A program made the translations under genes and the position numbers. A stretch of 64,000 nt of DNA, from positions 15,304 to 79,303 of the forward strand of contig JBIKWF010000008.1 of NCBI GenBank assembly GCA_044356455.1, written 5' to 3'. The notes below the pieces were generated by a model. The model had not been told where the DNA came from. It saw nothing but the letters and a program-made list of their open reading frames with translations, and searched no databases. Source of the DNA: Bdellovibrionota bacterium (GTDB lineage Bacteria; Bdellovibrionota_C; UBA2361; JBGSMV01). Below are positions 18,465-28,225 of this stretch, piece by piece (position 1 is the stretch's first letter; each line of letters begins with the position of its first letter).

Positions 18465-19784
18465 ATGAATACCACCGCACGTCAGTTATTCGTTTTGCTT
18501 CTCGCCTTCATCGCTTCCCTCTCTTCGGCTCGCGCCGAAAGCAGCATAAACAATAGCGAACTTTCTTCGCTGAGAATGTGGGTGCTTCCTCATGATAGTT
18601 TGGAGATCTCAAACTCCACGATTTGCCCGCAAGGAGGAGAGGACTGTGTCATCTTTGTGGACCAAAATGCGAAGCTTTCCGTCAACAATACAAGTTTTGG
18701 CCCCAAGGTAAGGATCTTCTATGATTGCTCGTTTACTGAGTGTATCGAATTTAGCAATGTTACTAAGAATGCTCTTGTAGTGGAGGGCCGGCCACCTTTT
18801 CTTACGGCTGCGGCCGCCACCAACCCGGCGTTTCGCCGCACCTCAAAAAGCATGACGAATACGCATCTTCAGCAGTTTTCCGGCCGGATCCCGACGGGAG
18901 AAGCTCTAGAACTTTCAAATGTGCATCTATGCGATGAGGCGGGAGCTGCGTCATGTGTTCTTGATGTTTCTCCTCAGGGCACGCTTATCGCAACGAATAC
19001 GGTTCTTGGGCGCAGGCTGCACATCCGTCCTGCCATGCGCTTACTAGAACAGGTTGAGTTTTCGAACGTTCAGTTTTTCGGCGCATTCTCCGAGTCGCAA
19101 TCCACGGCGCAGGCACCCACGAGAAGTGAGGAAGTAAGGGAGCAAAACGAAAAGCTGGTTGCTGATCTCGCCCCACTTAAGCTTCGAGTTGAAGAAACTG
19201 CTCGGGGAGTCGAGATTAACCTTCCGGGGGTATACTTTGAATTTAATAGATCAGATCTCACGCCCTCTGCGAGTAAAAATGTAACCAAGATTGGTGATAT
19301 TCTGTCGAATGTAGAGGGGAGAGTCGTGAGTGTAGAAGGGCACACTGACAGTGTTGGCTCAGATGAGTATAATTACCGCTTGTCGCGTAGCCGTGCTGAG
19401 GTTGTCAGAGAAGCTCTGGTCGCAAGGGGCTTCTCGTCTTCGCGCATCCGAGCTACCGGATTTGGTGAGAGTCAGCCGGTGAGTGACAATGCCACGGACG
19501 AGAGGCGTGCGCGGAATAGACGCGTGGAAGTTATTGTTGAGAATTCTGGAACTTTACGCACTTCTTCGGATGACCCCACAGAGAGGCTCAATAGAGAGGC
19601 TTCTAAGTCATCGGGTCAACGTACTTCGCAAGATTCGACCAAGCGCTCCATTAGAGTTGGCGAAGCGAATAATCCAGTCGTGAGTGTGGAAGACGATGAT
19701 ATCAAAGTTGGTTCTGGCATTCACGTGACCGACAAACATGTCTCAGTGCATGTTGATGGGCTACACGTGGAGATTGACAAATAG
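18465..19784 (+). CDS. OmpA-family peptidoglycan-binding domain protein (secreted)
   Basis: Signal peptide. The C-terminal OmpA_C region reads YFEFNRSDLT...EGHTDSVGSDEYNYRLSRSRAEVV...NRRVEV. Confidence 0.8.
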   Translation: MNTTARQLFVLLLAFIASLSSARAESSINNSELSSLRMWVLPHDSLEISNSTICPQGGEDCVIFVDQNAKLSVNNTSFGPKVRIFYDCSFTECIEFSNVTKNALVVEGRPPFLTAAAATNPAFRRTSKSMTNTHLQQFSGRIPTGEALELSNVHLCDEAGAASCVLDVSPQGTLIATNTVLGRRLHIRPAMRLLEQVEFSNVQFFGAFSESQSTAQAPTRSEEVREQNEKLVADLAPLKLRVEETARGVEINLPGVYFEFNRSDLTPSASKNVTKIGDILSNVEGRVVSVEGHTDSVGSDEYNYRLSRSRAEVVREALVARGFSSSRIRATGFGESQPVSDNATDERRARNRRVEVIVENSGTLRTSSDDPTERLNREASKSSGQRTSQDSTKRSIRVGEANNPVVSVEDDDIKVGSGIHVTDKHVSVHVDGLHVEIDK

Positions 19785-19787
19785 GAG

Positions 19788-22445
19788 TTAGAAGCTTCTT
19801 GCCGCACAGCAGGCATAATTTCTCACAGCCCCGTACAGGTCAAAGTTAACTATTCCATCAGTTGGATTCACGGATGAGGGGCCAAAGCAGCGACTCGCAA
19901 CGCGCCGGTACACCGCATAGGCAACAAAACTTGAAGATGAGCCAACCGATCGAAGAGTGACACTTCCCGTATGAAGCCAGGTGTCATCGGGGAAATTGAG
20001 TCCAAGATTTGCCCGATTCGCGCACGCATACGCGAGGTCTTGGTGCTCACACACGCGGCCGCCAAGTGAATAGCACCGGTTCAAGGCCTCTTCGATTGTT
20101 CCAGATGCAGTGAAGCTTGGCTCTATACAGGTAGGTCCAAGGTCAATCCATCCAGCTGGGCACGAGAGTGTAGGTGTGTTTCCGGCAGGTCCTTGTGGAC
20201 CTATCGGGCCAATTGCTCCGGTATCACCCTTAGGCCCTTGCAGACCAATAGCGCCAGGCAATCCTTGGGGCCCTGCGGGTCCCGCTGGGCCAGCGACGCC
20301 GGTATCGCCCTTTAATCCTTGTGGGCCAGTTGCTCCCATGTCGCCTTTGAGACCTTGAGGTCCTGCGGGACCTGTAGCTCCTGTATCCCCCTTCAATCCC
20401 TGTAGTCCCGTGGGACCGGTTGCGCCAGTATCACCCTTGAGACCTTGTGCGCCTTGAGGTCCCATAGGTCCAGCAACACCCGTATCTCCTTTTTGTCCCG
20501 TTAGACCTTGCTCGCCGCGATCACCCTTAAGACCTTGCGGGCCTTGTGGTCCAATAGCACCCGCATCACCCTTGTCACCTTTGGGACCGACTGCTCCGTC
20601 AGCTCCCGCAGGTCCGGTTGCACCGGTATCTCCTTTCACTCCCGCCAGACCCTGTTCACCGCGATCCCCTTTAAGTCCTTGCGGGCCTTGTGGTCCAACC
20701 GCACCAACATCACCTTTATCGCCCTTGGGTCCGGCCGCTCCATCTGCTCCTACAGGTCCAGCTGCGCCGGTATCACCCTTTAGACCTTGTGCGCCTTGCG
20801 GTCCCGCAGGTCCGACATTTCCCGTATCTCCTTTTGGTCCCACCAAACCTTGCTCGCCGGTATCACCCTTAAGTCCTTGCGGGCCCTGTGGTCCAACCGC
20901 ACCGGCATCGCCTTTGTCGCCCTTGGGACCGACCGCTCCATCTGCTCCTGCAGGTCCAGTTGCGCCAGTATCACCCTTTAGACCTTGTGCGCCTTGAGGT
21001 CCTGCAGTTCCGACATCTCCCGTATCTCCTTTTGGTCCCACCAAACCTTGCTCGCCGGTATCACCCTTAAGTCCTTGCGGGCCCTGTGGTCCAACCGCAC
21101 CAACATCACCTCTATCGCCCTTTGGACCGACTGCTCCATCAGCTCCCGCTGGCCCAGTTGCTCCGGTTTCACCTTTGAGACCTTGTGCGCCTTGCGGCCC
21201 CGCCGGTCCGACATTTCCCGTATCTCCCTTTTGTCCCGCAAGACCTTGCTCTCCGCGATCTCCTTTCAGTCCTTGCGGGCCTTGTGGTCCAACCGCTCCC
21301 GCATCACCTTTTTCGCCCTTCGGACCGAGCGCTCCATCTGCTCCTGCAGGTCCAGTTGCTCCAGTATCACCCTTAAGACCTTGTGTGCCTTGCGGCCCGG
21401 CAGGTCCTACATCTCCCGTATCTCCTTTTGGTCCCACCAAACCTTGCTCGCCTCGATCACCCTTAAGTCCTTGCGGGCCCTGTGGTCCAACCGCACCAGC
21501 ATCGCCTTTGTCGCCCTTGGGACCGACCGCTCCATCTGCTCCTGCAGGCCCAGTTGCACCGGTATCACCTTTAAGACCTTGTGCACCTTGCGGACCCATA
21601 GGTCCAGCAACACCCATATCTCCTTTTGGTCCCGCAAGACCTTGCTCTCCGCGATCTCCTTTCAGTCCTTGCGGGCCTTGTGGTCCAACAGCACCCGCAT
21701 TACCCGTTGGTCCTTGCTCTCCTTGTTCGCCCTTTAACCCCTGAGGTCCAGCAACTCCGGCATCGCCCTTCTCTCCTTTTGGACCTTGAGCCCCATCAGC
21801 TCCCGCCTGGCCCTGCAAGCCGGGAAGTCCTTGTGGGCCTGCAATTCCCTGTGGACCTTGTTGCCCCTCTGCTCCCGTGGCGCCGGTCTCACCTTTCTCA
21901 CCGCGTTCTCCTTGCGATCCCGCCGGGCCAGCAGGCCCTTCAGGACCCATTGGTCCGGTGTCGCCTTTATCACCCTTGGGCCCTTGCACTTGAAGGGCGC
22001 CGAGAAGTTCAAGGAGTTCAGTAATGGTTACGACGGAAGATAAAAGAGGATAGCTTCGCCCAGAATGGCCACTTGTGTAGACCTGCAAATAAACTTTGCC
22101 TGAGGGACTTTTTGGAACCGAGACTGCGAGAGTAATAAGTCCGTCACGATCAATTTTTCCTGTGCCGACAATACTCGCGCCGCTCGCAGGCTTCGCTTGC
22201 GACCCTTGCAAGACAAAAACATCCGGCTTCAAGCTTATGCCAAGGGTATAGTTGGTGAAGGCCACACCTCGAATCGAGACATTTACTTTGGTGTCCCCAC
22301 CCGCACTCAGAATCGCAGGCTCCGAAACGGAAATATCTGGCGCCTCTTTGTTCCAGGAATCAGCCTGCGCTTCCCGTCGCCCTATCAGCAAGCCAAGGAA
22401 CAGCGCAGCAACAATCGGATTGAGGAGCAGCACTGGATACTTCAA
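19788..22445 (-). CDS. secreted collagen-like triple-helix repeat protein with a Cys-rich C-terminal globular domain
   Basis: Signal peptide, then about 600 aa of uninterrupted Gly-X-Y with 66-aa (198 bp) tandem units. The C-terminus [14 protein letters not shown]...[14 protein letters not shown] may be C-type lectin-like. Confidence 0.85.
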   Translation of the reverse strand: MKYPVLLLNPIVAALFLGLLIGRREAQADSWNKEAPDISVSEPAILSAGGDTKVNVSIRGVAFTNYTLGISLKPDVFVLQGSQAKPASGASIVGTGKIDRDGLITLAVSVPKSPSGKVYLQVYTSGHSGRSYPLLSSVVTITELLELLGALQVQGPKGDKGDTGPMGPEGPAGPAGSQGERGEKGETGATGAEGQQGPQGIAGPQGLPGLQGQAGADGAQGPKGEKGDAGVAGPQGLKGEQGEQGPTGNAGAVGPQGPQGLKGDRGEQGLAGPKGDMGVAGPMGPQGAQGLKGDTGATGPAGADGAVGPKGDKGDAGAVGPQGPQGLKGDRGEQGLVGPKGDTGDVGPAGPQGTQGLKGDTGATGPAGADGALGPKGEKGDAGAVGPQGPQGLKGDRGEQGLAGQKGDTGNVGPAGPQGAQGLKGETGATGPAGADGAVGPKGDRGDVGAVGPQGPQGLKGDTGEQGLVGPKGDTGDVGTAGPQGAQGLKGDTGATGPAGADGAVGPKGDKGDAGAVGPQGPQGLKGDTGEQGLVGPKGDTGNVGPAGPQGAQGLKGDTGAAGPVGADGAAGPKGDKGDVGAVGPQGPQGLKGDRGEQGLAGVKGDTGATGPAGADGAVGPKGDKGDAGAIGPQGPQGLKGDRGEQGLTGQKGDTGVAGPMGPQGAQGLKGDTGATGPTGLQGLKGDTGATGPAGPQGLKGDMGATGPQGLKGDTGVAGPAGPAGPQGLPGAIGLQGPKGDTGAIGPIGPQGPAGNTPTLSCPAGWIDLGPTCIEPSFTASGTIEEALNRCYSLGGRVCEHQDLAYACANRANLGLNFPDDTWLHTGSVTLRSVGSSSSFVAYAVYRRVASRCFGPSSVNPTDGIVNFDLYGAVRNYACCAARSF
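20480..21720. repeat. tandem 198-bp coding repeats (about 6 units) inside the collagen-like gene
   Basis: gtatcacccttaagtccttgcgggccctgtggtccaaccgcacc recurs at about 20861, 21058 and 21454. The encoded units are 22 Gly-X-Y triplets. Confidence 0.8.
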
Positions 22446-22974
22446 GAGAACCTCGCAGTTTACGGCGAAAAGTTTCGTCCAGTGCCTACCCCGCGTGAGT
22501 AGTGAAGTTCGGCGTGATTGTGAGCTGTGATGAGATTTTGAATCTGAGTGTCGAGCGCGCTTAGATTAAATTGAGAAATCAGCGCATTGGTGATTCATTA
22601 GAATTCACAAAAATCTCTGAGCATTCCTCTCACTAAGCACTATGGAGTTCTCTGAAAGCGGCCTTTCCGTGCCGCATGTAATGCGGGGAGAATCTGGGAG
22701 GCTTCGTCTCCAACTTTGTCGGGATAAGAATCTACGAGTGCTCCTATTCGCGATAGAATAGTGAATCCAAACTACTGGTCACCGCGGCAAAGCATAGTGC
22801 AGAAATGGGGGGGCGAGGTGTGTACGCGCCCCCCTCTCTTTTCGGTCTCGTACGAGTCGGGAGAAAGACTCATGAGGAGCCCATTCGCTTCAAGCTGGCT
22901 CCACTCTCCACTCCTCGAATAGGAGAGATGGAGTGTGGAGCCAATCATTACTTCAGTGCATTCGCCAGTACGGC

Positions 22975-24057
22975 CTACTGCACGCCGCAGGCTCTCTGGT
23001 CGCTAGGATGCACTACTACTCTTTGGCACGGCCCCTCACGGAAGCATGAAAGGCCCACCATTTGACCAGCACTGTTAATGGAATCGGGCTGAAACCATTC
23101 TATCTGCTCGTAGGCAGAGGGCATAAGGTCAGAAAATTTTCTTATCCCAGAGCGCTCGTCCCAAAGGAATTGAAACCCTTCGGTTTCAGTGTATGCCGAT
23201 CCTACGAACGAACCACGCTGGCTAGCGTGATGAATAAGGACGCTTGCGCCCTCAAGCCCAACCTCGTCATTAAGGTGGATAAGCCTCCGATGCGAGGGCC
23301 ACACGAGTGCATGGTGGATAACCCTCTCCTCTCCATTGCTACCATGGACGAGTTCCTCCCCTCGGCCGATAGCGGTGCCTGATTCAAGTAAGTCCTGAAG
23401 CCATGCATTCTCAATGCCTGACGGGAGAGGGAGCTGCACAACTGGTCGGCCCAAAGGACGTAGTGCCGGACGATACTTGTGTAGGACTGGGTCTACCAGA
23501 AGAGCTCCACCAAAGGTGAGAGCAGAATTCAAATGGTCGGCAGAGAAGTTTGCAGGCATCCTTTGATCAAGGTACCGATTTCTTATGAGCAAACTGTGCT
23601 GTATTTCGTTGCGCTCTCCAATGCCAATAAAGAGAGTGATGCCCGACGTGCTTAGGTCTACTGCAAGAAGTCCGTTTGGGTAACGCGGGGGAGCTGGTGG
23701 AAGCTGACGCGCTGCGGCATTTCGCATCAGAAAGGCGGAACTAAGAGGGTATCCCTCTCGGATAAGTGCTTCTCCGGAGTTTTTAAATAAAAGGGCCGAG
23801 GCATTTCGGGTAAAGGGCTGAGGAGCAGTCACGGTTCGAACCGTTCCACGTTCGTAAAGGCGAAATACACGCTCATTTGCACTTACCTGCATGTTCCCAA
23901 GAATCTGGCAGCGGTCATTGATGAGCCAAGGTTTCCAGAGTTCCCCTTGGAGTTCGGTGCCCGGAATGACGGTAACCGTATAAGGGTCCGCGTATGCGGA
24001 CGCACTGATGACAAGCTGCATGGCTAGTAAGAAACGTAGGATTATCGTTCTCATAAT
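22975..24057 (-). CDS. secreted hypothetical protein, possibly HAF-type extracellular repeat
   Basis: Signal peptide MRTIILRFLLAMQLVISASAYA. Motifs INDRCQILGN and INSAGQMVGLS resemble the HAF repeat. The start is taken at the internal Met. Confidence 0.45.
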   Translation of the reverse strand: MMRTIILRFLLAMQLVISASAYADPYTVTVIPGTELQGELWKPWLINDRCQILGNMQVSANERVFRLYERGTVRTVTAPQPFTRNASALLFKNSGEALIREGYPLSSAFLMRNAAARQLPPAPPRYPNGLLAVDLSTSGITLFIGIGERNEIQHSLLIRNRYLDQRMPANFSADHLNSALTFGGALLVDPVLHKYRPALRPLGRPVVQLPLPSGIENAWLQDLLESGTAIGRGEELVHGSNGEERVIHHALVWPSHRRLIHLNDEVGLEGASVLIHHASQRGSFVGSAYTETEGFQFLWDERSGIRKFSDLMPSAYEQIEWFQPDSINSAGQMVGLSCFREGPCQRVVVHPSDQRACGVQ

Positions 24058-24301
24058 CTTCTCCCCGTTAGTAGTGTACTCTGACAACGCCCGCACGTTT
24101 GGTCGAGATGGTGAGTGAATAGTAAACGACGCAGGAAATCACAGCGCGTCAGCGAGTCATGACAACTGATTGGAATGAATGAGATTCTGAGCAGAGAAGG
24201 CAGTAAGAGAACTTCTTATTTATTTAGACTACAAGAGACATGAGTGGTGACTTTATCGAAAGATAAAGAAGCTAATATTGTAAAAATGGGAGAGAGCAAA
24301 C

Positions 24302-25690
24302 CTACCAAAGTGCGGCGGGGTCTGCCGTAGTGGTGAGCGCAAGTCCCTGAGCTCCCGCGCCCCCCGCAGTAGTAGAATCATTTCCAATATTACCTGGATT
24401 CACGGTGCCTCCGTCGCCACCTGCGCCTCCGCTTCCGCCTCCGGAGCCTCCGCCTAGATACACAAATCCAGAGATACTTCCTGCCCCTCCCGCTGATCCT
24501 CCGGCTCCGCCATTTACCGTAATGCTGCCCGAGTTAGTGGCTGAGGGAGCAATTAAATGAACAATTCCTCCTCCGCCCCCGCCGCCTGCCGCAAAGCCGG
24601 TTGAGTTGGAGTCCGTCGCAAGTAATGCGCCACCGGCTCCTCCATTTGCAATAAGCGCACCGGAATTGCTGACCGAAGTACCCGAAGCGAGAAGTATAAA
24701 ACCTCCCCCACCTCCTCCTCGTGCGGGGCCCGGGGCGCCTGTTCCGTGTGCTGAGATACTCCCTTGATTCACCACGCCTCCGGCGCAAAGCACCGCGAAG
24801 TTACCTCCTCCATCACCTCCTGTGTCTGCACTTTCGCGAAAGCCATTTCCTCCTCCCAGAATGCCGAGCTTGAGTAGTTGCCGAGCAACTCCAGAGTAAA
24901 GAGCCAAGCCGCCTGTGCCCCCAAGGGCGGCCAGTCCTCCAGAACTCACGGTGCTTGGGCGAACGCCATTTTCGCCGAATCGAGGATGGTCGCGTAGGGC
25001 GGGATTAACGCTAATTGTTCCCTCATTCTGGAAACTACCAGTGCAGCGAATCACAGTACCTGAATGGACAGTCAGCGTGGACCCACTGGCAATCGTGAAA
25101 TTGGTATATTGAGGATTCGGGTCATTGAGAGTGACACTCCCCACAATAGATCTTCCGCCGGCCGATCCATCGCCGTAAATGCGCAGAGTCCCATCGCTTC
25201 CCGCGGTGCCGGGTGCTCCGGTTGAGCCAACTGGTCCTTGTGGCCCCGTTGCGCCTTGAGCTCCGGTAGGTCCGGCCGGACCTTGCGGACCAGTGAGCCC
25301 GGTTTCTCCCTGCGGGCCCGCCTCTCCTTGCTCCCCTGTTAACCCTTGTAGCCCCTGGTCCCCGCGTAATTCATCAAAAGCGATCTCTGTTTCGCCCAAA
25401 GCGACTGAGCAACGTTTGCGTACTTTGATAGACCCATTGCTCGTTCGAATGCAGAATTTATAACCGGGAAGACTGCTTGATTTACGCCTCAAGTCCTCAA
25501 CGTAGCATAGAGCTCCCTCACGCCAGTCTCGGCATTCTGATTTACCGAGCCCAAGGCTTGTACAATCATAAGGGCAGAGGTGTACGCTCACGGAGGAGGG
25601 AATTTGAGCGAGCGCCTCGGATATGTCCCAAATGGGGAGCAAGGAAAGCAATGCAAGAGTTCTCAGAATTCGAGAGTGAATGCGCAGCAT
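24302..25690 (-). CDS. secreted collagen-like / glycine-rich beta-helix-like protein
   Basis: Signal peptide and a Cys-containing N-domain. A short Gly-X-Y run GDQGLQGLTGEQGEAGPQGETGLTGPQGPAGPTGAQG... is followed by poly-Gly-rich repeats GGAGG/GGGGGG. Confidence 0.65.
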   Translation of the reverse strand: MLRIHSRILRTLALLSLLPIWDISEALAQIPSSVSVHLCPYDCTSLGLGKSECRDWREGALCYVEDLRRKSSSLPGYKFCIRTSNGSIKVRKRCSVALGETEIAFDELRGDQGLQGLTGEQGEAGPQGETGLTGPQGPAGPTGAQGATGPQGPVGSTGAPGTAGSDGTLRIYGDGSAGGRSIVGSVTLNDPNPQYTNFTIASGSTLTVHSGTVIRCTGSFQNEGTISVNPALRDHPRFGENGVRPSTVSSGGLAALGGTGGLALYSGVARQLLKLGILGGGNGFRESADTGGDGGGNFAVLCAGGVVNQGSISAHGTGAPGPARGGGGGGFILLASGTSVSNSGALIANGGAGGALLATDSNSTGFAAGGGGGGGIVHLIAPSATNSGSITVNGGAGGSAGGAGSISGFVYLGGGSGGGSGGAGGDGGTVNPGNIGNDSTTAGGAGAQGLALTTTADPAALW

Positions 25691-25932
25691 TGCAAAGGTT
25701 AGCGTCAGGCTATGCCGAAAGCCTTAGCTCCCGGCAACCAAGAAAGTGTCTCCTTGCGTGAGATCTCCTTCTTATCCTGTACGTTACAAAGAAGTCTTAC
25801 CAACTTCGCGTAGGGATATACCAAAAAATCTCCTACGCGGAGCGCCTCGCGGAGTAGCACTCACCACTCCCACTCCTCTCATACCTTGACTCTCGCCTCT
25901 CGCTTTGCAGCGAGTTCAGAGTATGGGCAGCG

Positions 25933-26799
25933 CTATGCCACTTTCCTCGATGAGCCATTCGAATCAACGCGGGGAGGCTCAAGCTGCAGTAGGGTTCGTA
26001 GCTGTGTCCCAAGCTGCTGTGCGCGAACTTTGTCATTCTCTACTTTAAGTTCAATTGAATGAGCGGCATCCAGGATCGGTGCACCGTCCGCCTTGGTCGG
26101 GACCGGGCGAGAAGGCTCAAAGAGAGAATCCAGCGCTTTCACGAGCTCCGCGGGGAGAGTGATAGTGATCACGAATGAGGAGAAGATACTAATATATTTT
26201 CCTGCGAGCTCTGGGGGAGACTTTTCAGCAAATCTTACGACCCCCGGGACATTCCTGCGCATCTCAGCGTAGCGCCTGCTAAGGGGCGTGTCATGGCCAA
26301 TCACCATGTGATAGGGAAGATTCAGTTCCCTGTGGGCATCAAGAATCTGAGATTCGGTAGAGTCCTTTGAAAGAATAAACCAGGCATGAGGCGACCACTC
26401 GAGGTAATCGTTTTCACCGCCATTAATGAGTAGTCCCATCGTGATACCACTCCAGAATTGACGGAGTTCTCGGAGGGATCCTGCGCGCATCACCGAACGC
26501 GTGCCAATGTCATTCACAAGCAGACCCTGTTCGCGTGCCTTGGCGAAGTTGGATAAAGCGGAGTTAAGCAGAAGCTGAGCGGAGAAGAGCCAGGTAAGTC
26601 GAATTACATAGCGGTCTCTCAGCTTGATAATTACGCCATCTCTCATGAGCTTACGCAGATCGTGATAAATGGCTTGGAGTGAGCACTTGGTGCCTGAGGC
26701 GGTGACCTCTGCAAATATTTCTTGGGCTGAAGCGGAAAGGCGGCGTAGGAGAAATCGTACAATGATGTCTTCTATGCGCTGCGTTGCACCGAGAATCAT
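25933..26799 (-). CDS. hypothetical protein with N-terminal winged-helix (PaaX-like?) fold
   Basis: N-terminal segment SAQEIFAEVTASGTKCSLQAIYHDLRKLMRDGVI. Weak match only. Confidence 0.35.
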   Translation of the reverse strand: MILGATQRIEDIIVRFLLRRLSASAQEIFAEVTASGTKCSLQAIYHDLRKLMRDGVIIKLRDRYVIRLTWLFSAQLLLNSALSNFAKAREQGLLVNDIGTRSVMRAGSLRELRQFWSGITMGLLINGGENDYLEWSPHAWFILSKDSTESQILDAHRELNLPYHMVIGHDTPLSRRYAEMRRNVPGVVRFAEKSPPELAGKYISIFSSFVITITLPAELVKALDSLFEPSRPVPTKADGAPILDAAHSIELKVENDKVRAQQLGTQLRTLLQLEPPRVDSNGSSRKVA

Positions 26800-27070
26800 T
26801 TTTTCTCTCCGCTCCGTCGAGTGGGTGAATACGGAGGGGGTATCAGACGCTGATAGTCGCTTATGGCAGTCGTTGCCTTCCTTGAGCCTTGCATAGTACC
26901 CCCACCATCTTCGTTATTCTTCCGGCAGAGAGGCTCGATACCTGAGGCTGAATCAGCACCGTGCATCAAAAGAATAGTTACCGAAGATATTCTGTAGGGG
27001 GGCAAGCGCCTACGTCTTCGGTGCCCTGACTTGTGATTGTCGGCTGCACGTCAAACGGCGCTCCAAATAC

Positions 27071-27206
27071 CCTGGAAACCTCTGCAAAAGCTCCATTCCA
27101 AATACACCTCTGTGTACCTTCGTGTCCTCTGTAGTGAATTGCTTGATAAAATTTCACCACAGAGGACGCAGAGGTACACAGCGGTGAGTTTTCAGAGTTT
27201 CCCTAG
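27071..27206. repeat. MITE-like dispersed repeat, copy D (degenerate left terminus)
   Basis: Left end ccctggaaacctctgcaaaag and right end gagttttcagagtttccctag. The core cacctctgtgtacct...gaggtacacag is shared with copy C. Confidence 0.6.
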
Positions 27207-27238
27207 AGTTTGGTGGCTCGGCTTGCTTCTTAGAGAGC

Positions 27239-28225
27239 TCAGCGGATATTTCGAAGAAAGCGCGTGAGTTCCCCTTCTTCGCTCTTAGTCGGGCGCCTAT
27301 AAGTTCGGACATCAGGGGAGCGCGGGAGTAACCCAGGCGGCGCATCCTGATACTTTGGCACCCAAAGAAGAAAGGCATTTGAGCGTGATTCAGCCGCTTC
27401 TAAGAGCGCCTTCCACTGTCGAAGACGAGGCACTGAGGGGTCGTCTTCGCCCTTAAAGCGAAAGTATTCGCCATCGGTATGAACGATTCCGTTGCTCAAA
27501 GAGCTATCCGTGCGAGAGGTGTGGACTTCCTTAATGACACCTTGGGGCAAAGACTGTGAGCCCTCTCCACGGCACTTATAACACGCGCTTCTTACCCAGC
27601 TGACTTTTTCTGGGGAGGGTAGAGCTGACTTTGCGAGTGCGAGTGCTACCTGAAAGCCATCTCTATCCAGAGTGTCTTCAAGGCCAGGGGCGATACTTAC
27701 TTTAATGCCGCGTGCGAGTGCATATTCCGCGAGGGGAGCAATCCGAGTTTCGATAATCTCGCGGTACGTATCTTGAAATGCAAGATTTTCTTTTAGCTTG
27801 CGAAGAAAAGTAGCGGGATGCATCACGGCAAAAGAATGAAACAGGCCGCTACTCCACCGTCTTTGCGCGGGACCGTTGTACACATAAAAGTGTACCCAGG
27901 CTTCTCTGCCCTCCGAGGACAGCTTGTCTAAACTTGTCTGCACTGCGTCAGAATTCCACCCGAACGTCCCATCAATAACAAAGGCAGTCATCACGCGCTT
28001 GAGGCAGCTTTTTGTCAAAACTTGAACAATAGGCTGCGGGCCCTCCGGCGCGCGAGGATGGAGGCAGTGCAGACAAGAGATTCCGCGCCACGACGCTTCG
28101 AGTAATCCGTTGGGACAGTCATTGGCTATGGCCGAGACAGGCACCAATGAAAGCACAGTGGAAATGAAACACTTCCATACGGCTTTCCAAAGTTGCTGCT
28201 GTGCTTTTCTCATCGCGCGGTACAT
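27239..28225 (-). CDS. hypothetical secreted protein
   Basis: ORF with a hydrophobic N-terminus. No recognisable motif. It overlaps the next gene by 16 bp. Confidence 0.4.
   Translation of the reverse strand: MYRAMRKAQQQLWKAVWKCFISTVLSLVPVSAIANDCPNGLLEASWRGISCLHCLHPRAPEGPQPIVQVLTKSCLKRVMTAFVIDGTFGWNSDAVQTSLDKLSSEGREAWVHFYVYNGPAQRRWSSGLFHSFAVMHPATFLRKLKENLAFQDTYREIIETRIAPLAEYALARGIKVSIAPGLEDTLDRDGFQVALALAKSALPSPEKVSWVRSACYKCRGEGSQSLPQGVIKEVHTSRTDSSLSNGIVHTDGEYFRFKGEDDPSVPRLRQWKALLEAAESRSNAFLLWVPKYQDAPPGLLPRSPDVRTYRRPTKSEEGELTRFLRNIR

Noticed and set aside
20480-21720. Regular about 198-bp tandem repeats that might suggest a CRISPR array
   Set aside because: Units are directly adjacent coding repeats with no unique spacers, and translate to collagen triplets. 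There is no cas gene or leader.
20100-22050. Many plus-strand and alternate-frame ORFs of 60-250 aa inside the collagen-like gene (for example 20572-20997, 20985-21737, 21175-21744), rich in Pro/Ser/Arg
   Set aside because: These are the antisense and frame-shifted readings of the GC-rich Gly-X-Y repeat DNA. The minus-strand frame gives an uninterrupted 885-aa protein with a signal peptide, so they are artefacts.
25933-26799. Calling this protein a transposase or other mobile-element protein
   Set aside because: It has no DDE or serine/tyrosine recombinase motifs. The only recognisable feature is an N-terminal winged-helix.
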